Assembly: GCA_964016885.1 (NCBI GenBank)
Contig: OZ024760.1
Span: 13,826,001-13,890,000 of the forward strand
Origin: Eledone cirrhosa
Taxonomy: Eukaryota
DNA length: 64,000 nucleotides
Direction of reading: 5' to 3'
Under the pieces are notes generated by a model. That model was not told where the DNA came from and did not search any database. It was given only the letters and a program-made list of their open reading frames with translations. Numbering within the stretch: position 1 is the first letter of the stretch; every line of letters starts with the position of its first letter. This document shows positions 25,801 through 36,204 of the stretch, piece by piece. A program made the translations under genes and the position numbers.

Positions 25801-27837
25801 TCACCTCGTTGGTGATCGTTAGCGATTTGAGGTCTGCTTTCACCACCCGTCTGTTTTTCCTAGCCTTCCTTCTACTGGAATTACTTGGCACATGTTTACC
25901 CAGCAAACCATCTTATTCTTCTCTCCTGCACATAACTCATACCCATTTTCTCTCTCAACTCATATCTGCTCGGTCGTCGGAGCATGCTTCCTTCATTTCT
26001 TTGCCAGCCTTGGCATATTCTCTGCAATTACTGGCCATGTCTCACTCACTTCTTCCAACCCATCCTTATTGTAGATATTATGGCCTCGTAGTAGCCTCCT
26101 CTCTTTCTAATCTGCTCATCTGTATAGAACCCACCTTCATTTGAAAACTGTTTCTATCACTGTCACTTCTACTGTGAAATTTCTCTGTACATGTAGTTTT
26201 CACTACCTGTTTGCTTGCTATCCCACTACATATGTTGAGTACCCCAGATGTGCATTGCGTATATTTTATAGAATTTATCCCAGCTCCTTTTCAACATAGG
26301 GAGCATGTCCCCTTTTCTATGTTTTTATTCTGTCCTCTTGCTTCCAACTGTTTCCATAGACAGCATTTCTTCTTTAGCTTCTTTACTGATTCTGCTATAA
26401 GAACCAGATCGTCATGGACAGCCAGTTTTAAACGCATCTGTTACTGACAGTACCTCCACAAAGCGTACACTGCCCTCACAAGACATTCCTCAACACCTAG
26501 TTTGGTTAGGCACCACCAGATGACAGATCATGGTACCCTACCAAAGGAGTTGTCTGTCAAAAAAATTAATTGCTAAGATGGATTACATTGCCACCGTTTA
26601 TATTTCCTAAGACTCTTTTGATTAAAAAGCTTAATTTTTATTTCTTTTTACTATTAGTTGTAGCTCTTATAAGTTTAGCTAGATTGCCAGCGTTGAAATA
26701 GTTGCGCTTCAGTTGTGATGTATGTGTTGCAAGTTCCGGCTGTAAGTCGTGGGGGTGTAGTATATTGTCATGAATGTGTACATATGAATGTCTATGTATG
26801 TATACACGTACACATGTTGTATACACTATACACATGTGTATAGTGTTTTTGTGTTTATACGTCTACAAATGTATATGCAATATTTCAATTAGCAAAGGGA
26901 GTTTACTCTTGGATATTTTAATAAAATTACGAGTTGTTTCCCCTCTTATCATGAAATTTAGTTTGATAAAACTGAATTGTCAAGGCTGGTTGTCTCGGTC
27001 AGTGCTAAGCGTCTGTTGAAGACTAGACATCGAAATTACGATATACAAGTACACACATCCATGCATGGATATGTTGTCAAGTAGCTGGCGTGTGAGAATA
27101 ATGTAGATAATCAAAATATATGAACACTCGCTATATTATCGCGCACTTTTATGGATATGTTATTGCAATATAAGAATAGGAAACGAAGAAAAACTAATTC
27201 ACTGAATACTGTTTGATGCAGGCAAAAGATGTTGAAATTGTGCCGAATTAAATTTGACCGATGTGGAGCAGCTGTGGAAAATGTGCATGATGTAGTGAAG
27301 AATGCAGTGGGTAGAAAAGACATCCCCGAAAATAAACATAGAAAGAGGAGTTGCGGATTGTTCCATTGAAAATCAATGAAGTGCAAGCACAACAGACGAG
27401 AAGAATGCAGGCCCAGCAGTTTGAGTTAGCTGCCAAGCAGATGCCAATAGAATGTAAAATATTATGGAATCAGATAGTTTATCGATTCCCTGTTTTATTG
27501 CAAAAGCGAATTGTTGAAAGTGCGAGACAATATAGTGTTTGTTGGTGATGATAATATACTTTGTGTATTAGTCTCTGTTCATAAATAATTCAAAATGTGC
27601 ACATAGTCGACCCTGACTATACGTTCATATTAGTTGTGAAGCTTTGCTTGTGAGAAACAGAAGGACGACCATCTTTGATTAAAAATATTATCATTGGGTA
27701 AGATGTACTTCTAAACACTACATGTAAACATGTAGAACACAGACAGTCACAAAGACCTTCAACACTAAATTTTAAAAACAAATGGTTATTTAATTTCTAT
27801 AATTAATTGATAATCGGTGGCCATGTAATCCATCTTA

Positions 27838-28459
27838 TCTATATATAAAACTGAAGATGTCCGAGTTCGAATCGCTAAAGCTCGAGAACCACCCAACGGA
27901 CTGTTTTCAAACTTTACACATGTAATACTTATGTTTGAGAGATTGTTCTGATCACCCCCAAAAGATTTCAACTTTTCTAAGCCCACAGGGACGACATTAG
28001 GCGGTGCAGCGATCTCTATAATTCTTAGTCTCTTTTTCGATAGACGTACTTATAACGTCGCGCCCTTATTATATCTGTATGTCTGATTATCTGCATTACG
28101 TCACTTCCTTGAGGGTGTGTGTGTGTTTGAATCCCTTAAACTCGAAGTACCCAACCGATTTTTCTTCAAACTTTAAATGCGTATTACTTAGGTTTCAGGT
28201 AGTGTTATGCACATTAAAAATTTCAATTTTTTTTATCTCCTGGGGCCCGCATTAGATGAAAAACTTTATTTTTTTTTATCTTAGGACTTTTTGTAGCCGT
28301 TACGTCCAACCGATTTTGGCTAAATTTCAAGGCATATTATGGTCATAAAAAGAAAATCATCTTGATCCCCTAGGGCCCGCATTAGGTGAAAACCTGCCTT
28401 TTTCCTATCAGAGTATTCCAAAATACTTTATATGGTGCAACGCTGGGTACCACTGCTAG
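27838..28459 (+). mobile_element. Complete non-autonomous Helitron
   Basis: A|TC tatatataaaactg 5' end; 3' gtgcaacgctgggtaccactgCTAG|T. Inserted between A and T, with both ends homologous to 7421-8194. Confidence 0.85.
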
Positions 28460-28544
28460 TATATTATAGATTTCATGAAACTCGTTTATTTAAAAACGTT
28501 TTTTTTAAAATCTTTTTTACCATAATGACATTTTGACTGTAGAT

Positions 28545-28715
28545 GTGATAAGTTGAGCTAGATTGCCAGCGTCGAAATAGTTGCGCTTTAGTTAGGATGT
28601 AGGTGTTGTAAGGGCCGGATGTGAGCCTTGGGTGTAGTGTATTTTCACACATACGTAGATATATACATACATGTATATATATCTAAACACGTGTATGAAA
28701 GTATGTACACGACAT
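28545..28715 (+). repeat. Diverged orphan copy of a segment of the tandem unit
   Basis: gctagattgccagcgtcgaaatagttgcgctttagttaggatgtaggtgttg matches ~16975-17030, 21395-21450 and 26678-26730. Confidence 0.75.
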
Positions 28716-29669
28716 TATGTATGTAACCCTGTAACATTGAGCTTTCCGATAACCCTTTGTAAATATGCAATGTCGGTTTGATAAGCACGACAAAGAATTG
28801 AAGATACTAGGCAGATTAACATGTTAGTTGAACGACCGTTGACTTGAATTGCGCGTGAAAATACGTGGGTGAAGTTGGGGCTGATGATTTTAAGTTTGTT
28901 TTTGTCTTGTTGAATAATCATGGCGTGCTACTTTGTAGTACTTGTATTGCAGGCCGTTGTTCCGGTGGTTAAGGTAAGTGGCGATGTTATTACTGTTTGG
29001 GCATCTTAAGTTTTCGTCTAGTTGGTTTCGGGTGGCGGTCGAATTGTTTTCAGATTAACGGTCTGTGTCTGGTTTACAGTTGTGATTAGTTTGTGTAAGA
29101 AGCGAGCAGAATGCCGTGATATATATTTATATTTTTAGAAAGGGAGAAACTGTATCTTAACGAATTTATCTGTAGAAACGTTAATTGCGAGATAGATTTT
29201 ATTAAGGGGAAGGTTTTTGAGATTAAGTTATCTCTGTTATCAGTTTGACGCATTTCTATTTCTAACTATAGACATATATATGTAAAATTATCCCAGACAA
29301 TTAGACATTTAATTTCCGCAAAATATATATAATTCCACGGGAGAGAATGTACTATATAATCAATTGAATTCTCTCCCTTTAGTGCACTTTATATTTACAT
29401 GTAATTAGAATTTTTAATTTAATTCAAGGGAGAGAAGTTTATTTAACAATATCTGTTATCTCCCCTTGACAGACTTTAATAATTATAATGTTTTAGAAAA
29501 ATATATTTTATTCTGGAAAAAAGGTATTAGTAACAGTTTAAATAGTTGTCTCCCCTTGCTACACTATAATGTAATACATATGTTGTGACATTACAGCTGT
29601 TTTTATCAAGTAATTTTAACGCCCGGAATTTATAATTTAGTTAACTTAATATTAGCTCCCGAGAATCAA

Positions 29670-30650
29670 CTTAAATAAGTTGTTTCCCCTTATTTGACTC
29701 AGTTTATTTTTATCTGGTCTTAACATAAGCTATCGCCGTTTTTATAGTGCATCAATTAGTTACAATTTCTAGGCATCTACACTTAATTTATTTAAATGTA
29801 AGGTTAATAAAATTTGCAAGCTAATTTTAATTAATAAACTTATCCAACTATTTTCCACTAATTAATTGCGAGACGCCCTTTTCTGAACGCACAGCGACGG
29901 CATTAGGAAAAAACGGCAATTTTTACGGACAAATGTATAATAAAGCCAGTTTAATTTATATAGTATGTACGTTGGAACATAATTCCCCGCCGTTTTTCTG
30001 AGAAAACAAACTATAAAAACGGCGTGGATTTACGTTACATTATATATCATTAACTTTTAACTAAGGTAGATAATATGGTTTATTTAATAAATAGGTTGTT
30101 TCCCTTGGCATGACTTTAAGTAACCTAAATTTTCGCCGTTTTTATAGTGCTTCATAGTATTAAAAAAATGCTGAAATTTTATGTTACACCGAAATAAATA
30201 TAAACTTAAAGTATGGCCAAGGGAAACAACCTATTTATTAAATAAACAAATTTTTCTCCCTTAGTTCAAACTAAAAACCAAGTAAATTATATTTGATTGA
30301 TAAAAGTGAATTATATATAATGTAACGTAAATCCACGTCGTTTTAACAGTTCGCTTTCTGCTATTATTTACGAACTCTTTCCTCAGTATAGGGGGTTAAT
30401 TTTTAGGCGAATTTTTAGATATAGTACGGTGATTTACGTTACATTATATATAATTTACTTATAAAATATTTAAGTTTGTTGTTTTTTTGATTGAATCAAG
30501 GGAGATAACATTGTTTATTTAATAAATAGGTTGTTTCCCTTTGCCGGACTTTAATTTTATTATATTTTTTTCAAACATTTTCGGCGTTTTTATAGTGCTT
30601 CATATATTAAAAGAATGCGGAAACTTATGTTACAACGAAATATTTTCTCA
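29670..30650. repeat. Telomere-adjacent direct/inverted repeat cluster (A-B-A'-A-B)
   Basis: A=30008-30119, inverted A'=30205-30352, A=30430-30555; B=30129-30196 and 30577-30643. Shared cores gatttacgttacattatata, gtttatttaataaataggttgtttccctt and cgccgtttttatagtgc. Confidence 0.8.
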
Positions 30651-30788
30651 TATCTAGACTAGTTAATAATTAAGTTGTCCCCCCTTTACTTGATATACCT
30701 AGACTAATATATATTTATACAAAACATTTAAATTCTATTTATCGAAGAATGTTAAGGTAGAAAACACATATCGACGAAGGGGAGAAAA

Positions 30789-33700
30789 GGGGTTGTGTTT
30801 GGGGGTTGGGGGTTTGGGGTTGGGGTCGGGGTCGGGGTCGGGGTCGGGGTTGGGGTTGGGGTTGGGGCTAGGGCTAGGGCTAGGGTTGGGGTTGGGGTTG
30901 GGGTTGGGGTTGGGGTTGGGGTTGGGGTTGGGGTTGGGGTTGGGGTTAGGGTTAGGGTTAGGGTTAGGGTTAGGGTTAGGGTTAGGGTTAGGGTTAGGGT
31001 TAGGGTTAGGGTTAGGGTTAGGGTTAGGGTTAGGGTTAGGGTTAGGGTTAGGGTTAGGGTTAGGGTTAGGGTTAGGGTTAGGGTTAGGGTTAGGGTTAGG
31101 GTTAGGGTTAGGGTTAGGGTTAGGGTTAGGGTTAGGGTTAGGGTTAGGGTTAGGGTTAGGGTTAGGGTTAGGGTTAGGGTTAGGGTTAGGGTTAGGGTTA
31201 GGGTTAGGGTTAGGGTTAGGGTTAGGGTTAGGGTTAGGGTTAGGGTTAGGGTTAGGGTTAGGGTTAGGGTTAGGGTTAGGGTTAGGGTTAGGGTTAGGGT
31301 TAGGGTTAGGGTTAGGGTTAGGGTTAGGGTTAGGGTTAGGGTTAGGGTTAGGGTTAGGGTTAGGGTTAGGGTTAGGGTTAGGGTTAGGGTTAGGGTTAGG
31401 GTTAGGGTTAGGGTTAGGGTTAGGGTTAGGGTTAGGGTTAGGGTTAGGGTTAGGGTTAGGGTTAGGGTTAGGGTTAGGTTAGGGTTAGGGTTAGGGTTAG
31501 GGTTAGGTTAGGGTTAGGGTTAGGTTAGGGTTAGGGTTAGGGTTAGGGTTAGGGTTAGGGTTAGGGTTAGGGTTAGGGTTAGGGTTAGGGTTAGGGTTAG
31601 GGTTAGGGTTAGGGTTAGGGTTAGGGTTAGGGTTAGGGTTAGGGTTAGGGTTAGGGTTAGGGTTAGGGTTAGGTTAGGGTTAGGGTTAGGGTTAGGGTTA
31701 GGGTTAGGGTTAGGTTAGGGTTAGGGTTAGGGTTAGGGTTAGGGTTAGGGTTAGGGTTAGGGTTAGGGTTAGGGTTAGGGTTAGGGTTAGGGTTAGGGTT
31801 AGGGTTAGGGTTAGGGTTAGGGTTAGGGTTAGGGTTAGGGTTAGGGTTAGGGTTAGGGTTAGGGTTAGGGTTAGGGTTAGGGTTAGGGTTAGGGTTAGGG
31901 TTAGGGTTAGGGTTAGGGTTAGGGTTAGGGTTAGGGTTAGGGTTAGGGTTAGGGTTAGGGTTAGGGTTAGGGTTAGGTTAGGGTTAGGGTTAGGGTTAGG
32001 GTTAGGGTTAGGGTTAGGGTTAGGGTTAGGGTTAGGGTTAGGGTTAGGGTTAGGGTTAGGGTTAGGGTTAGGGTTAGGGTTAGGGTTAGGGTTAGGGTTA
32101 GGGTTAGGGTTAGGGTTAGGGTTAGGGTTAGGGTTAGGGTTAGGGTTAGGGTTAGGGTTAGGGTTAGGGTTAGGGTTAGGGTTAGGGTTAGGGTTAGGGT
32201 TAGGGTTAGGGTTAGGGTTAGGGTTAGGGTTAGGGTTAGGGTTAGGGTTAGGGTTAGGGTTAGGGTTAGGGTTAGGGTTAGGGTTAGGGTTAGGGTTAGG
32301 GTTAGGGTTAGGGTTAGGGTTAGGGTTAGGGTTAGGGTTAGGGTTAGGGTTAGGGTTAGGGTTAGGGTTAGGGTTAGGGTTAGGGTTAGGGTTAGGGTTA
32401 GGGTTAGGGTTAGGGTTAGGGTTAGGGTTAGGGTTAGGGTTAGGGTTAGGGTTAGGGTTAGGGTTAGGGTTAGGGTTAGGGTTAGGGTTAGGGTTAGGGT
32501 TAGGGTTAGGGTTAGGGTTAGGGTTAGGGTTAGGGTTAGGGTTAGGGTTAGGGTTAGGGTTAGGGTTAGGGTTAGGGTTAGGGTTAGGGTTAGGGTTAGG
32601 GTTAGGGTTAGGGTTAGGGTTAGGGTTAGGGTTAGGGTTAGGGTTAGGGTTAGGGTTAGGGTTAGGGTTAGGGTTAGGGTTAGGGTTAGGGTTAGGGTTA
32701 GGGTTAGGGTTAGGGTTAGGGTTAGGGTTAGGGTTAGGGTTAGGGTTAGGGTTAGGGTTAGGGTTAGGGTTAGGGTTAGGGTTAGGGTTAGGGTTAGGGT
32801 TAGGGTTAGGGTTAGGGTTAGGGTTAGGGTTAGGGTTAGGGTTAGGTTAGGGTTAGGGTTAGGGTTAGGGTTAGGGTTAGGGTTAGGGTTAGGGTTAGGG
32901 TTAGGGTTAGGGTTAGGGTTAGGGTTAGGGTTAGGGTTGGGTTAGGGTTAGGGTTAGGGTTAGGGTTAGGGTTAGGGTTAGGGTTAGGGTTAGGGTTAGG
33001 GTTAGGGTTAGGGTTAGGGTTAGGGTTAGGGTTAGGGTTAGGGTTAGGGTTAGGGTTAGGGTTAGGGTTAGGGTTAGGGTTAGGGTTGGGGTTGGGGTTG
33101 GGGTTGGGGTTGGGGTTGGGGTTGGGGTTGGGGTTGGGGTTGGGGTTGGGGTTGGGGTTGGGGTTGGGGTTGGGGTTGGGGTTGGGGTTGGGTTGGGGTT
33201 GGGGTTGGGGTTGGGGTTGGGGTTGGGGTTGGGGTTGGGGTTGGGGTTGGGGTTGGGGTTGGGGTTGGGGTTGGGTTGGGGTTGGGGTTGGGGTTGGGGT
33301 TGGGGTTGGGGTTGGGGTTGGGGTTGGGGTTGGGGTTAGGGTTGGGGTTGGGGTTGGGGTTGGGGTTAGGGTTGGGGTTGGGGTTAGGGTTGGGTTGGGG
33401 TTGGGGTTGGGGTTGGGGTTGGGGTTAGGGTTGGGGTTGGGGTTGGGGTTGGGGTTGGGGTTGGGGTTGGGGTTAGGGTTGGGTTGGGGTTGGGGTTGGG
33501 TTAGGGTAGGGTTAGGTTAGGGTTAGGGTTAGGGTTAGGGTTAGGGTTAGGGTTAGGGTTAGGGTTAGGGTTAGGGTTAGGGTTAGGGTTAGGGTTAGGG
33601 TTAGGGGTTAGGGTTAGGGTTAGGGTTAGGGTTAGGTTAGGTTAGGGTTAGGGTTAGGGTTAGGGTTAGGGTTAGGGTTAGGGTTAGGGTTAGGGTTAGG

Positions 33701-36163
33701 GTTAGGGGTTAGGGTTAGGGTTAGGGTTAGGGTTAGGGTTAGGTTAGGGTTAGGGTTAGGTTAGGGTTAGGGTTAGGGTTAGGGTTAGGGTTAGGGTTAG
33801 GGTTAGGGTTAGGGTTAGGGTTAGGGTTAGGGTTAGGGTTAGGGTTAGGGTTAGGGTTAGGGTTAGGGTTAGGGTTAGGGTTAGGGTTAGGGTTAGGGTT
33901 AGGGTTAGGGTTAGGGTTAGGGTTAGGGTTAGGGTTAGGGTTAGGGTTAGGGTTAGGGTTAGGGGTTAGGGTTAGGGTTAGGGTTAGGGTTAGGGTTAGG
34001 GTTAGGGTTAGGGTTAGGGTTAGGGTTAGGGTTAGGGTTAGGGTTAGGGTTAGGGTTAGGGTTAGGTTAGGGTTAGGGTTAGGGTTAGGGTTAGGGTTAG
34101 GGTTAGGGTTAGGGTTAGGGTTAGGGTTAGGGTTAGGGTTAGGGTTAGGGTTAGGGTTAGGGTTAGGGTTAGGGTTGGTTAGGGTTAGGGTTAGGGTTAG
34201 GGTTAGGGTTAGGGTTAGGGTTAGGGTTAGGGTTAGGGTTAGGGTTAGGGTTAGGGTTAGGGTTAGGGTTAGGGTTAGGGTTAGGGTTAGGGTTAGGGTT
34301 AGGGTTAGGGTTAGGGTTAGGGTTAGGGTTAGGGTTAGGGTTAGGGTTAGGGTTAGGTTAGGGTTAGGGTTAGGGTTAGGGTTAGGGTTAGGGTTAGGGT
34401 TAGGGTTAGGGTTAGGGTTAGGGTTAGGGTTAGGGTTAGGGTTAGGGTTAGGGTTAGGGTTAGGGTTAGGGTTAGGGTTAGGTTAGGGGTTAGGGTTAGG
34501 GGTTAGGGTTAGGGTTAGGGTTAGGGTTAGGGTTAGGGTTAGGGTTAGGGTTAGGGTTAGGGTTAGGGTTAGGGTTAGGGTTAGGGTTAGGGTTAGGGTT
34601 AGGGTTAGGGTTAGGGTTAGGGTTAGGGTTAGGGTTAGGGTTAGGGTTAGGGTTAGGGTTAGGGTTAGGGTTAGGGTTAGGGTTAGGGTTAGGGTTAGGG
34701 TTAGGGTTAGGTTAGGGTTAGGGTTAGGGTTAGGGTTAGGGTTAGGGTTAGGGTTAGGGTTAGGTTAGGGTTAGGGTTAGGGTTAGGGTTAGGGTTAGGG
34801 TTAGGGTTAGGGTTAGGGTTAGGGTTAGGGTTAGGTTAGGGTTAGGGTTAGGGTTAGGGTTAGGGTTAGGTTAGGGTTAGGGTTAGGGTTAGGGTTAGGG
34901 TTAGGGTTAGGGTTAGGGTAGGGTTAGGTTAGGGTTAGGGTTAGGGTTAGGTTAGGGTTAGGGTTAGGGTTAGGTTAGGGTTAGGGTTAGGGTTAGGGTT
35001 AGGGTTAGGGTTAGGGTTAGGGTTAGGGTTAGGGTTAGGTTAGGGTTAGGGTTAGGGTTAGGGTTAGGGTTAGGGTTAGGGTTAGGGTTAGGGTTAGGGT
35101 TAGGGTTAGGGTTAGGGTTAGGGTTAGGGTTAGGGTTAGGGTTAGGGTTAGGGTTAGGTTAGGGTTAGGGTTAGGGTTAGGGTTAGGGTTAGGTTAGGGT
35201 TAGGGTTAGGGTTAGGGTTAGGGTTAGGGTTAGGGTTAGGTTAGGGTTAGGGTTAGGGTTAGGGTTAGGGTTAGGGTTAGGGTTAGGGTTAGGGTTAGGG
35301 TTAGGGTTAGGGTTAGGGTTAGGGTTAGGGTTAGGGTTAGGGTTAGGGTTAGGGTTAGGGTTAGGGTTAGGGTTAGGGTTAGGGTTAGGGTTAGGGTTAG
35401 GGTTAGGGTTAGGGTTAGGGTTAGGGTTAGGGTTAGGGTTAGGGTTAGGGTTAGGGTTAGGGTTAGGGTTAGGGTTAGGGTTAGGGTTAGGTTAGGGTTA
35501 GGGTTAGGGTTGGTTAGGGTTAGGGTTAGGGTTAGGGTTAGGGTTAGGGTTAGGGTTAGGGGTTAGGGTTAGGGTTAGGTTAGGGTTAGGGTTAGGGTTA
35601 GGGTTAGGGTTAGGGTTAGGGTTAGGGTTAGGTTAGGGTTAGGGTTAGGGTTAGGGTTAGGGTTAGGGTTAGGGTTAGGGTTAGGGTTAGGGTTAGGGTT
35701 AGGGTTAGGGTTAGGGTTAGGGGTTAGGGTTAGGGTTAGGGTTAGGGTTAGGGTTAGGGTTAGGGTTAGGGTTAGGGTTAGGGTTAGGGTTAGGGTTAGG
35801 GTTAGGGTTAGGGTTAGGGTTAGGGTTAGGGTTAGGGTTAGGGTTAGGGTTAGGGTTAGGGTTAGGGTTAGGGTTAGGGTTAGGGTTAGGGTTAGGGTTA
35901 GGGTTAGGGTTAGGGTTAGGGTTAGGGTTAGGGTTAGGGTTAGGGTTAGGGTTAGGTTAGGGTTAGGGTTAGGGTTAGGGTTAGGGTTAGGGTTAGGGTT
36001 AGGGTTAGGGTTAGGGTTAGGGTTAGGGTTAGGGTTAGGGTTAGGGTTAGGGTTAGGGTTAGGTTAGGGTTAGGGTTAGGGTTAGGGTTAGGGTTAGGTT
36101 AGGGTTAGGGTTAGGGTTAGGGTTAGGGTTAGGGTTAGGGTTAGGGTTAGGTTAGGGTTAGGG

Positions 36164-36204
<41 letters not shown>

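Larger units (their letters stand above)
11650..27560. repeat. Subtelomeric tandem segmental duplication / macrosatellite: three full units plus a partial fourth
   Basis: Marker aattagcaaaggga at ~11707, 17159, 21581 and 26888. Near-identical ORFs recur (EICKKGLEKR at 13132/22730; MVDEAIKAKRQ at 15034/19568/24744; MQTQQSE at 15831/20227/25536). Unit 2 lacks ~835 bp (equivalent to 13552-14386). Confidence 0.95.

Noticed and set aside
11650-27560. Telomere-specific retrotransposon array (HeT-A/TART/SART-like) or CRISPR-like array
   Set aside because: Units are composites of several dead, truncated RTE fragments, not intact head-to-tail elements, and are not inserted in TTAGGG. There is no repeat-spacer structure.
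30793-34486. ORFs encoding poly-(GL)/(VR) dipeptides
   Set aside because: They are translations of telomeric repeats with non-ATG starts; no evidence of coding function from sequence alone.
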